Position numbers and translations under genes: made by a program
Shown: positions 8,276 through 17,262 of the stretch, piece after piece
Layout: the number at the start of each line of letters is the position of its first letter
How positions within the stretch are numbered: position 1 is the first letter of the stretch
Assembly (NCBI GenBank): GCA_002496485.1
Contig: DAJW01000119.1
Location: forward strand, 1 to 34,900
DNA: 34,900 bases
Direction: 5' to 3'
Source: Euryarchaeota archaeon UBA36
Lineage (GTDB): Archaea; Thermoplasmatota; Poseidoniia; Poseidoniales; Thalassarchaeaceae
Notes under the pieces: model-generated
Told to the model about the DNA's origin: nothing
What the model saw: only the letters and a program-made list of their open reading frames with translations
Databases searched by the model: none

Positions 8276-8992
8276 GTGCAAAGATGTGGCATCGAAGAAG
8301 TCCGAAATGCTCTCGAGAATGAGAAAGTCTCGATGTTGCTGGTACTCAGAGATGTAATGAATGCAGAGGTAGATGAATTAACAGAATTAGCACTCCAAAG
8401 AGATATTCCCGTGAAAAAGAGTTCAGAAAGTGATATTTGGCGGATGTCTAAATCTACAGAAAATAATAAGATTCCGCCTATTCTGGCATTAGTTGGCAGA
8501 AATCCTAATGCAAACATAGATCAAATTTTAGAAGATGGCGGAATAATCTGGCTATTGGCTGGGGCCCAGTATCCCGTAAATATCGGATATACAATTAGAA
8601 CAGCGGAAGTGAGCGGCGCCAATGCAGTTTTTGTCGATGGAAATCTTTCTCATAAACAAAAAAAGGCAGCGAAGCGAGCTTCAATGAAAGCTCATAGGTT
8701 CATGCCCGTTCATTGGGTAGAAGGATTTGATTTTGTACGACTAGCAAAAGAAAAAGGTTTCAAAATCATCTCGATAGAAGATACAGGAAATTTACATCCT
8801 TGGGAGTCAAAGCTGACTGATGATGTCTTACTGGTAATTGGTGGTGAGCATTATGGAATATCAGAAGAGATACTTTCTATTTCAGATCAAATTATAAGAA
8901 TTCCAATGGCAGGTTTTGTCCCTTCTTATAATTTACAGGCACCGATGGCTATTATGGCATCAGAAGCTCTACGCCAAAGAAATATTCTATAA
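8276..8992 (+). CDS. SpoU/TrmH-family RNA 2'-O-ribose methyltransferase
   Basis: The N-terminal substrate-binding-like segment GIEEVRNALENEKVSMLLV requires the GTG start. SPOUT motifs are NIGYTIRTAEVSGANAVFV, LLVIGGEHYGISEEIL and IRIPMAGFVPSYNLQAPMAI. Confidence 0.8.
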   Translation: MQRCGIEEVRNALENEKVSMLLVLRDVMNAEVDELTELALQRDIPVKKSSESDIWRMSKSTENNKIPPILALVGRNPNANIDQILEDGGIIWLLAGAQYPVNIGYTIRTAEVSGANAVFVDGNLSHKQKKAAKRASMKAHRFMPVHWVEGFDFVRLAKEKGFKIISIEDTGNLHPWESKLTDDVLLVIGGEHYGISEEILSISDQIIRIPMAGFVPSYNLQAPMAIMASEALRQRNIL

Positions 8993-8997
8993 ACAAA

Positions 8998-10161
8998 TTA
9001 GAAACTTTCCCCAAGTTCTCTACTGATTATTAATCTCTGAATTTGGCTTGTTCCTTCAAAAATTTGGTATATCTTAGCCCCCCTCATTCTCCTAGCAACC
9101 GGGTACTCTTCCGAATAACCATATCCACCCAAAATTTGTACAGCATCAGTAGTAACTTCCATACAAATATCTGCAGCAAATCTCTTAGCATGAGCAGCCT
9201 TCAAAGTAGCTCTTTCTCCATTATCAAGTGAGCTCGCTGCACTATAGGTCAGAAGTCTTGCAGCTTCTATCTTAGTAGCCATATCTGCGAGCATAAAAGA
9301 AATTGATTGGTGCTTTGATATTGGCTTTCCGAAAGTTTTTCTTTGATTTGCATATTTCCATGCTTCTTCCATTGCACCTCTGGCATTTCCAACCGCCGCC
9401 GCAGCCACTGCTGGCCTAGAATGATCGAAAGCCTTCATTGCATTCATCCAACCACCATTTTCCTTTTCTCCTACCAAATTTTTAGCAGGAACTCTAACAT
9501 CAGTAAAAGTCACTCCCCTTGTATCAGAACATCTCTGACCCATATTTTCTTCTTTCTTACCCAATTCTACTCCTTTGGTATCGGCATCTACGATAAATCC
9601 ACTCAAGCCCCTATATCCTGCATCTTTGTCAGTATATGCTAAAACAAAAAACCAATCAGCATATCCTGCTCCAGAAATCCATGCCTTAGTCCCATTAATG
9701 ATATATTCTTCACCATCTTTTTTCGCTTCAGTAGTTAATGCTTGTACATCAGATCCCGCATCAGGTTCTGTTACACAATAAGCAGCTAATTTACCATTTG
9801 ATACCCTGCCCAGATATTCCTTCTTTTGTTCTTCAGTACCTCCAGTCAAAATTGGATAAGAAGCTAACATTGTATGATAAGTTGCCGTTCCAAATCCAGC
9901 ATCCCCTCTAGATAATTCTTCACATATTATCATTTCATCCATTGCCGACATTCCCGGCCCTCCATATTTTTCAGGAATTGTTACATTTAGTAGTCCTAGT
10001 TGATGAGCTTTATTTATCGCCTCTAATGGATAAATTCCATGCTTATCCCATTCTTCTGCATTTGGTATTACTTCTTCATCACAAAACTCTCTCGCCATGT
10101 CGCGAATCATCTTTTGTTCTTCACTCAGTCTAAAGTCAACCATGCGTCTCGGAAGGACCAT
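8998..10161 (-). CDS. acyl-CoA dehydrogenase (short/medium-chain type)
   Basis: YCVTEPDAGSDV, WISGAGYADWF, QRKTFGKPI, and C-terminal IYQIFEGTSQIQRLIISRE carrying the catalytic-Glu motif. Confidence 0.9.
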   Translation of the reverse strand: MVLPRRMVDFRLSEEQKMIRDMAREFCDEEVIPNAEEWDKHGIYPLEAINKAHQLGLLNVTIPEKYGGPGMSAMDEMIICEELSRGDAGFGTATYHTMLASYPILTGGTEEQKKEYLGRVSNGKLAAYCVTEPDAGSDVQALTTEAKKDGEEYIINGTKAWISGAGYADWFFVLAYTDKDAGYRGLSGFIVDADTKGVELGKKEENMGQRCSDTRGVTFTDVRVPAKNLVGEKENGGWMNAMKAFDHSRPAVAAAAVGNARGAMEEAWKYANQRKTFGKPISKHQSISFMLADMATKIEAARLLTYSAASSLDNGERATLKAAHAKRFAADICMEVTTDAVQILGGYGYSEEYPVARRMRGAKIYQIFEGTSQIQRLIISRELGESF

Positions 10162-10304
10162 ACATTTGAGTAGTTTCTGAATTTATTCATCGAATATAGA
10201 AGAAATTCAATTTTTTCATCCGGATAAAAATTAATCTGTACAATTCAACAATAATTTAGTCAAATAATAAGTGCATTCAAGAGTAACTAGTTAGGGAGAA
10301 TATC

Positions 10305-12044
10305 GTGAACATCCCAGATGAACTCCAATTTATGTTAGATGGAAATATTGGCCCAACTAAACAAAAGGCAGCTCGATTAGTCGTAGATTTAGCAGTAACT
10401 GCTAGAGTTAACGAGTTTATTAGGGTAGACAATGCTCATGTTTCCGGAGTTAGTGTCATTACTGGCGGGCATGGTCTAAGACGTTTTTTGAAAGATATAT
10501 CCAATGATCCGGATGGACAGGTCACTATACCCACAACTCTAAATTCTGCAGGTTGTGATAGTGAAAAGATTGAGGAGATGAATATTGATTATCCCGACTT
10601 TTTAGAACAACAATTTGAGATTATAGAATCTTATTCTAAATTAGGAATCGATGCGATTTTATCATGTACTCCATATGACAAAGATACTGAGACACTAAGT
10701 GGTATTGGCTCATGGGCCGAATCAAACGCAGTTTGTTTTTCTAATTCTTATACCTCTTTGACTACTAATAGGGAATCAGGGCTTTCGGCACTCGCTACGG
10801 CAATAACTGGATGGGCTCCAAAATGGGGATTACATATACAAAAAAATCTACTTCCAAACATCTTAGTAGATGTCAAGTGTGAAATGAATGATCCTACAGA
10901 TTGGAGTATATTAGGGGACTGGATTGGAAAAAATATCAACCCTAGCTGGAATCTACCATGGGGCCCTATGCCACAAATAGTTGGACTTTCTGGAGCTAAC
11001 TTTGAAAAGAAAAAGGCATTAACTGCATCCGCTGCAAATTATGGATGTCCAATTTTATGGATTGACGGTATTACTAACATTCCGCCGTCCAATAAATATG
11101 AAGGCCAACTAATTTTTGATAAATCCGATTTAGAATCAAGATATTCTGAACTTTCTCCAATTGGACAAGTAGATTTAGTTGTGATTGGATGCCCTCAAGC
11201 TAGTGTAGGTGAGGCTAGAGCCACTGCAGCAGCAGTAAGAACGCAAATGGAATTAGGGAATCGAATTCCAGATAATAGACTATGGCTATTTATGAGCGGA
11301 CAAAATTATCTTTCAATCGAAGCCGATGGCACCTTAGAACTTCTCGAAGAAGCGGGGGCGCTAGTTCTCAAAGATACATGTCCCGAAGTTACGCCTTATA
11401 ATCGAGAAAAATATAATCATTTACTAACAAACTCTCTTAAGGCTGAACATTATTTAACCAGTGGATTAAATAATATGCCAACTAGTGTTTCTAAAATTCA
11501 AGATTGCGTCGCTCATGCGTTCAATCCATCTTTATCCAAAGGCCCCCGACCAGAATTACATTCAAAAAAACCCAAACAAATTATTTCTACAAAAATAGCA
11601 AAATATGGAAATTTTCAATCCCAAGGAAAAGGTATTCCTAGCCAGAATCATTGGACTTTATCCGGGAAGGCTTTGGTCACCGATATTCCGATTACCTACT
11701 TGGGATATGTAAACAGGGATTCAGGAGTCATTGAGGAGCCTGGTCACCCACTGGATGGGAAATCAATTTCCGACACCATTCTAATTTATCCCAAAGGATC
11801 AGGATCGACAGTAGCTCCATTTGTGCTTATGGGATTGATATATACAAATAAGGGCCCTAAGGCCATAATAAACAGGGATGTCTGCCCCTTAACTCTTCCA
11901 GCAGTTTCTTTGCTTGATGTTCCTTATGCACACAACTTTGAAACAGACCCAACAATGGAGATTAATACCGGAGATGATATTACCATGTCACTAAAAGATG
12001 GAGAAGTGACTATTTCAGTAATTTCAAGAGTAACCGAGGTTTGA
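10305..12044 (+). CDS. aconitase X (AcnX) family dehydratase, fused large (DUF521-like) and small (DUF126-like) domains
   Basis: N-terminal part: IRVDNAHVSGVS, SCTPYD, GSWAESNAVCFSNSYTSLTTNRESG, AITGWAPKWGLH, VIGCPQAS, KDTCPEV. C-terminal part: GKALVTDIPITYLGYVNRDSGVIEEPGHPLDGKSISDTILIYPKGSGSTVAPFVL...GPKAIINRD. GTG start. The stop overlaps the next gene's start. Confidence 0.75.
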   Translation: MNIPDELQFMLDGNIGPTKQKAARLVVDLAVTARVNEFIRVDNAHVSGVSVITGGHGLRRFLKDISNDPDGQVTIPTTLNSAGCDSEKIEEMNIDYPDFLEQQFEIIESYSKLGIDAILSCTPYDKDTETLSGIGSWAESNAVCFSNSYTSLTTNRESGLSALATAITGWAPKWGLHIQKNLLPNILVDVKCEMNDPTDWSILGDWIGKNINPSWNLPWGPMPQIVGLSGANFEKKKALTASAANYGCPILWIDGITNIPPSNKYEGQLIFDKSDLESRYSELSPIGQVDLVVIGCPQASVGEARATAAAVRTQMELGNRIPDNRLWLFMSGQNYLSIEADGTLELLEEAGALVLKDTCPEVTPYNREKYNHLLTNSLKAEHYLTSGLNNMPTSVSKIQDCVAHAFNPSLSKGPRPELHSKKPKQIISTKIAKYGNFQSQGKGIPSQNHWTLSGKALVTDIPITYLGYVNRDSGVIEEPGHPLDGKSISDTILIYPKGSGSTVAPFVLMGLIYTNKGPKAIINRDVCPLTLPAVSLLDVPYAHNFETDPTMEINTGDDITMSLKDGEVTISVISRVTEV

Positions 12045-14191
12045 TGTCTAAAAACCCTCACCATGGCAATATGGCAACCCGAACCGAGCCAGAGAAATGT
12101 AGAGATCAAGACCTAGGTTTATTTGAAATAATATCTAGAGATTCTTATGCAAGAATAGGTAGATTGCATACAGCACATGGATTGATGACAACTCCAATGT
12201 TACTTCCAGTTGTTAATCCAAATATCAGAACAATCGAACCCAGAGAAATGTGGGAAAAGTATGGTATTGAGGCATTAATTACTAATTCATATGTCATTTG
12301 GAAACATGATGATTTAAGGACGGAAGCAAAGAAAAATGGCATCCATCAGCTAATAGATTTCCCAGGAATAATTGTAACTGATTCTGGAACATTCCAATCA
12401 TATATTTACGGAGATGTGGAAGTGGGAGTGGAAGAAATCATTCAATTCCAAAAAGACATTGGAGTAGATATAGGAACTATTCTCGATGTATTCGGAAGGC
12501 CTGATATGCCTTTTGATGAATTAGATAAATCCGTAATCGAAACATCGTCAAGAGCAAAAAAATCTTTAGAAGTTTCGGGTGAAAAGCTACTATTGAATGG
12601 ACCAATTCAGGGTGGCACTTATCAAGAATTAAGGATTAAGTCAGCTCAATTGATGAGCGAATTACAAGGACCATTCAGGGGATTTACTATTCATCCGATT
12701 GGCGGAATTGTCCCCCTGATGGAACAACAAAGGTATAAGGAACTTTTTTCAATATTAATAGCATCTAAATCATCTCTACCACCAGATAGGCCAATTCACC
12801 TATTCGGTTGCGGTCATCCCTTACTTTTCCCCCTCTCAATAGCTCTTGGCGTGGATATTTTTGATAGTGCTGCATATGCAATTTTTGCTAGAGATGATAG
12901 AATCTTAACCCCTACTGGAACTCTGAAACTTGATGACCTAAAAGAATGGCCATTTTCATCAAATGCACTATTTGGGACCACTCCAGCTCAAGTTCGTTCC
13001 ATGAACAAAGAGGAAAAAACAATTCTCCTATCCCATCATAACTTAGAAGTGACACAGGCAGAATTAGCACGATGTAGAGAGGCCATAAGAATGGGTACAA
13101 TTTGGCAACTTGCTGAACAAAGAAGCCATTCATCTCCACAGTTGAGAGAAGCATTTGAATGGATACTAGATCAACTAGATAATCCGGAAGAAGGACCTAT
13201 TGGTGATACAATATTAGAATTAATGGGTAGTAGTAATCCAATAAGGAGTGGCGGGGAGCAAATTAGTGAGGATATCGAATTCAGACCTCATATATTACAT
13301 ATCCAAGCACTTCTAGCTACTAGGTGGCGGTTTCCAGGATCTTGGTGGAATGGTAAAAGTGGACCACCAGAGAGAGTGATTATTCTGGAAGGATTCCAAC
13401 CACCATGGCGAAATTCAGCCAAAGAAAAAATTATTCAATTACTAGATGAGATACCGGAAACAGTCATTCTAATATTAACTCCGTTAGGGCTAATTCCCTA
13501 TACTATCGAGGATTTATCTCCTTGGTGCCATCTAAATGGACCTAATGATATGTGGAATGATTCGTTATTTGACTATGAGGTGGAAGAATTACTATCTGAA
13601 CTTGGATTATCAAGCTACTCTTATACAATAATAAACAAAAATGATGAAGATATATCTGAAGTAAAAACATCTCCAGAAATCAGAAAATGGCTAGATAGAT
13701 GCTCAATTGTTGATAAACTTTCAATTTTATGCGGACTCCATCCACTAGAAGGTTGTAAATTTACTGAAAATATGACCTCTAGAAAATCAAGTACTGATAG
13801 GATGGTGAATATCTTTTCAGATGAAAAGCATGTACTCTCACCGAGATTAACTGATGGCGGTATTTCACTAACCATCGATGGAGCAAAGAAATTACTCGAT
13901 CTCAATCAAAACCCCCTGCCAGATTTTAATCAACTTCCCTCAGATGAGATCTTTCCGGGAATCCCAAGGGTTAGGATTGTTGACGATGCAATCCCATTTG
14001 TTGGTAAGGGTAGGAATGTTATGCATGGATATATTCTGGGGGCAGATCCCCATTTAATTCCAGGACAACAATGCATAGTAATATCTTCTTCAGGAGAATT
14101 AATTGCACATGGAATAGCAATTACTACATCTTTAGAAATGAGGTATATGAAAAAGGGAATTGCTGTAAAGGTCAAGAATGGAAATTTATAG
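12044..14191 (+). CDS. tgtA: archaeosine tRNA-guanine transglycosylase (ArcTGT) with C-terminal PUA domain
   Basis: FEIISRDSYARIGRLHTAHGLMTTPMLLPVVNP, catalytic-Asp contexts IIVTDSGTFQ and HLFGCGHPLLFPLSIALGVDIFDSAAY, and a PUA-like C-terminus GKGRNVMHGYILGADPHLIPGQQCIVISSSGELIAHGIA...KGIAVKV. ATG 12044 is preferred over the adjacent TTG at 12041. Confidence 0.9.
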   Translation: MSKNPHHGNMATRTEPEKCRDQDLGLFEIISRDSYARIGRLHTAHGLMTTPMLLPVVNPNIRTIEPREMWEKYGIEALITNSYVIWKHDDLRTEAKKNGIHQLIDFPGIIVTDSGTFQSYIYGDVEVGVEEIIQFQKDIGVDIGTILDVFGRPDMPFDELDKSVIETSSRAKKSLEVSGEKLLLNGPIQGGTYQELRIKSAQLMSELQGPFRGFTIHPIGGIVPLMEQQRYKELFSILIASKSSLPPDRPIHLFGCGHPLLFPLSIALGVDIFDSAAYAIFARDDRILTPTGTLKLDDLKEWPFSSNALFGTTPAQVRSMNKEEKTILLSHHNLEVTQAELARCREAIRMGTIWQLAEQRSHSSPQLREAFEWILDQLDNPEEGPIGDTILELMGSSNPIRSGGEQISEDIEFRPHILHIQALLATRWRFPGSWWNGKSGPPERVIILEGFQPPWRNSAKEKIIQLLDEIPETVILILTPLGLIPYTIEDLSPWCHLNGPNDMWNDSLFDYEVEELLSELGLSSYSYTIINKNDEDISEVKTSPEIRKWLDRCSIVDKLSILCGLHPLEGCKFTENMTSRKSSTDRMVNIFSDEKHVLSPRLTDGGISLTIDGAKKLLDLNQNPLPDFNQLPSDEIFPGIPRVRIVDDAIPFVGKGRNVMHGYILGADPHLIPGQQCIVISSSGELIAHGIAITTSLEMRYMKKGIAVKVKNGNL

Positions 14192-14233
14192 GAAAATTTA
14201 TTTCAGCTTTTTAGGGATTGCTTCAAGTGATTA

Positions 14234-15301
14234 GTGCCTAACCGTTACACATTATTGAAGGAGCTGAGGCGCCACTTGATTGAAAATCACCAAGATTCAT
14301 CATCCAAAAATGGGGATAATTTATCACAAGAGAATTTTGTAATTGAAGCCAAAGGGCTAAGAAAAATGTATGGCCCTCATTTAGCCCTTGATGATGTGAA
14401 TTTGAGTATTCCATCTGGAGCAATTGGCATTCTCGGACCAAATGGTGCTGGAAAGTCAACCCTATTCAAATGTCTATTGGGACTTATTGGTACCACTTCA
14501 GGCGAGGGAACAGTTTTGGGTTATGATATTAAGACTGAAGGAGAAAAAATTAGATCAAGAATTGGATATATGCCAGAGTATAATGCCTTAGATTCTGGGT
14601 TAATTGCTATCGATCAGGTTAGATATTGTGGCGAGTTACTCGGAATGAATTCAAAGGTTGCAGCACAGCGCGCTCACGAAGTTCTTGAGTACGTAGGACT
14701 AAAGGAACAAAGGTATAGAAAAATCGAGACATTCAGTACTGGGATGCTTCAAGCAACTAAATTAGCATGCGCTTTAATCCATGACCCCGATATCCTAATT
14801 TGTGATGAGCCAACTAATGGGTTAGATAAAAGGGCGAGAAAATTCATGTTAAAGACATTAAAAAGAACTGTCCAACAAGGAAATAGAACCGTGTTGATGA
14901 GTAGTCACGTAATGGATGATGTCCAAGAGGTTTGTGATAGAATAGTTCTCATACATAAGGGCAAAATAGTGGTACAAAGAAGTATTGGTGAATTAGTTAA
15001 CCAAGTAGAAAGAGAAATTGAAATTATGATTTGGGGTGGTGCCAGTAAAATGGAAGAATCATTAATTTCCAAAAATCTATCAGTCAGAAGATTAGGGAGA
15101 ATTATTAGAATAAAGATTGAAGATGAAGAAACAATAAAAAAAGTACTGGAGTCAGCCGTAGAATCCGAAGTACAAATAAGACAATTAAAAGAATATGAGC
15201 CCGATTTAGAAGATATTTTCTTACTAATAATGGATAAACTCGGGTCAGAAATTAAAGGTAGTTCAGAATTAATGACTCCAGATCATAAAGGTGGATTTTA
15301 A
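14234..15301 (+). CDS. ABC transporter ATP-binding protein (ABC-2/CcmA-like), gene 1 of a 5-gene operon
   Basis: Walker A GPNGAGKST, signature-like FSTGMLQ, Walker B ILICDEPTNGLD, H-loop SSHVM. A C-terminal extension of about 110 aa follows. GTG start. Confidence 0.9.
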   Translation: MPNRYTLLKELRRHLIENHQDSSSKNGDNLSQENFVIEAKGLRKMYGPHLALDDVNLSIPSGAIGILGPNGAGKSTLFKCLLGLIGTTSGEGTVLGYDIKTEGEKIRSRIGYMPEYNALDSGLIAIDQVRYCGELLGMNSKVAAQRAHEVLEYVGLKEQRYRKIETFSTGMLQATKLACALIHDPDILICDEPTNGLDKRARKFMLKTLKRTVQQGNRTVLMSSHVMDDVQEVCDRIVLIHKGKIVVQRSIGELVNQVEREIEIMIWGGASKMEESLISKNLSVRRLGRIIRIKIEDEETIKKVLESAVESEVQIRQLKEYEPDLEDIFLLIMDKLGSEIKGSSELMTPDHKGGF

Positions 15302-16312
15302 GTGGAAGATAGCGTAGATTTAGGTGGTGGCCAAACAAGGATGGAAGTGGCCTTTGGGGCTGGAGATGGTGATGAAGAAGCATCTGCTGTTGTTACAAAA
15401 TCGGACACAAAATTAGGGTCAATTTTCAATCAACAATACAGGACATGGGAAGGGAGTTTGGGGCCAAGATGGGTAAGAAATTATGCAATCTATAGGCACC
15501 ATGTCTACGGCCTTTTGACTAGCAAAGGTCACAGATATTATCATCCGATGGTAAGATTATTGATTCTAGTAATTTTTATCGGTGCATTAACTCCAGTTCC
15601 AATGTTGTTCCTATCATCCTTACTGGGTGGTGAAGATGGAGGTTTCATATCAAAAATGTGGGGCATAAACAGATATAATCTATGGGGCCAAGTTTTGGGT
15701 TATTTTCCAAGAAATATGTGTTTTTGGCCACTCCTAACTGCATTAGTAGTGGGTGGAATGATTTCAGATGACAGAAAGAATGGCACTAGTGCGATATATT
15801 TCTCTAGGCCCGTAACCCGTTTTGATTACACTTCAATGAAATATCTTAGTGTGGCTGTTATTTTGGGTTTTGTTATAGTTTTCTCATATTTCTTATACTA
15901 TACTAGTGCTATTGTTTTCAGGGGGGAAGGATGGGCATTTCTAGCCGATACTCTCCCAATTTTCATCGGTGGGATGATAGCAGGAATAATATTGGTGATT
16001 ACATACACATCAATCGGCCTAGCTCTATCTAGCATAAGTCAGAGTAGATTTTTTGCTGCAATTGGATTCTTAAGTGTAATTTACGGTACAAAATTAGTAT
16101 CACTATTAGTTGAACTACAATTCGAAAACACTATTCTTTACATTATCAGCCCCTATGATTGCCTTGCTCACGTAGGACAATTCTTAGTAGGTTTACCACC
16201 AAATTATGATCATCCACTATCATTTTCAATACTTTCATTACTATTAATAAATACACTTTCATTAGGACTATTAATTTCTCGTGTTTCTTCTTTGGAGGTT
16301 ACCAGAGAATGA
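15302..16312 (+). CDS. ABC-2 type permease
   Basis: About 6 TM helices. The ISDDRKNGTSAIYFSRPVTRFDY motif is typical of ABC-2 (NosY/COG1277-like) permeases. The gene starts directly after the stop of gene 1. Confidence 0.7.
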   Translation: MEDSVDLGGGQTRMEVAFGAGDGDEEASAVVTKSDTKLGSIFNQQYRTWEGSLGPRWVRNYAIYRHHVYGLLTSKGHRYYHPMVRLLILVIFIGALTPVPMLFLSSLLGGEDGGFISKMWGINRYNLWGQVLGYFPRNMCFWPLLTALVVGGMISDDRKNGTSAIYFSRPVTRFDYTSMKYLSVAVILGFVIVFSYFLYYTSAIVFRGEGWAFLADTLPIFIGGMIAGIILVITYTSIGLALSSISQSRFFAAIGFLSVIYGTKLVSLLVELQFENTILYIISPYDCLAHVGQFLVGLPPNYDHPLSFSILSLLLINTLSLGLLISRVSSLEVTRE

Positions 16313-17262
16313 CAATACAAAATCAACCTATACCAACCGTACTATTGGATAAAGTATCAAAATTATATGGCCAGGTTATAGGAATAAATGAAGTCTCACT
16401 AGCCATAGATGGTGGAGTTACAGGTATTTTAGGTGCGAACGGAGCAGGAAAATCAACGCTATTCAAATTATTAATGGGTAGATTGAAACCCACTCAGGGC
16501 TCAGTAAGATTATTCGGAATCAATCCATGGAGTAACTCCGCTCCCTACAGGAAGATTGGTTATGTTAGCGAATCAGAAAGGCTTTACGATTGGATGACTG
16601 CATTAGATTTCGTTTCAACTCTAGCTAGGCTACATGGAATGACACGAGATGAGGCCAGAGATAGAACTGAGCATGTACTTAATTTTGTAGGACTTGATGA
16701 TGTAATGCATAAAGAAGTAGGAAAATATAGTAAAGGGATGAGGCAAAGAGTAAAAATTGCTCATGCACTTGTACATGACCCCGACTTAATAGTATTAGAT
16801 GAACCTCTCCATGGCTGTGACCCAATTGCAAGAACTAGTATTATGAGTGTAATTAGAGAATTAGGAAATCAGGGAAAAACCGTATTAGTATCAAGTCACA
16901 TATTACAAGAAATAGAAAGGATTACAGAACAAATAGTTATCATACATAATGGAAAACTTCTAGCTATTGGAAATCTACATGCTATTAGGGATTTGCTTGA
17001 TAACCACCCACATAGAATACTAATAAAATGTGAAAATCCTAGGTCACTTGCAGCCCAATTTATTGAGAGAGATCCAGTATACGGTGTAAGATTTCCGAAT
17101 GAAGGCGAGTTAGAAATTCAAACAAATAATTTATCTAAGGCCCATTCGATTCTGCCATCAATAATTTTACAATCAAATCAAGAAATATCTTCAATCGAGA
17201 ATCCTGATGATAACCTAGATTCTCTACTTGGTTACTTAATAGGAGATGCAAATAATGGATAA
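16309..17262 (+). CDS. ABC transporter ATP-binding protein (second ATPase)
   Basis: Walker A GANGAGKST, signature YSKGMRQR, Walker B LIVLDEPLHGCD, H-loop SSHIL. ATGA overlap with the preceding gene. Confidence 0.9.
   Translation: MTIQNQPIPTVLLDKVSKLYGQVIGINEVSLAIDGGVTGILGANGAGKSTLFKLLMGRLKPTQGSVRLFGINPWSNSAPYRKIGYVSESERLYDWMTALDFVSTLARLHGMTRDEARDRTEHVLNFVGLDDVMHKEVGKYSKGMRQRVKIAHALVHDPDLIVLDEPLHGCDPIARTSIMSVIRELGNQGKTVLVSSHILQEIERITEQIVIIHNGKLLAIGNLHAIRDLLDNHPHRILIKCENPRSLAAQFIERDPVYGVRFPNEGELEIQTNNLSKAHSILPSIILQSNQEISSIENPDDNLDSLLGYLIGDANNG

Noticed and set aside
12041-12043. TTG start for ArcTGT given by the ORF track
   Set aside because: The next codon is ATG (12044), which is the simpler start. 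The difference is one residue and cannot be resolved from sequence.
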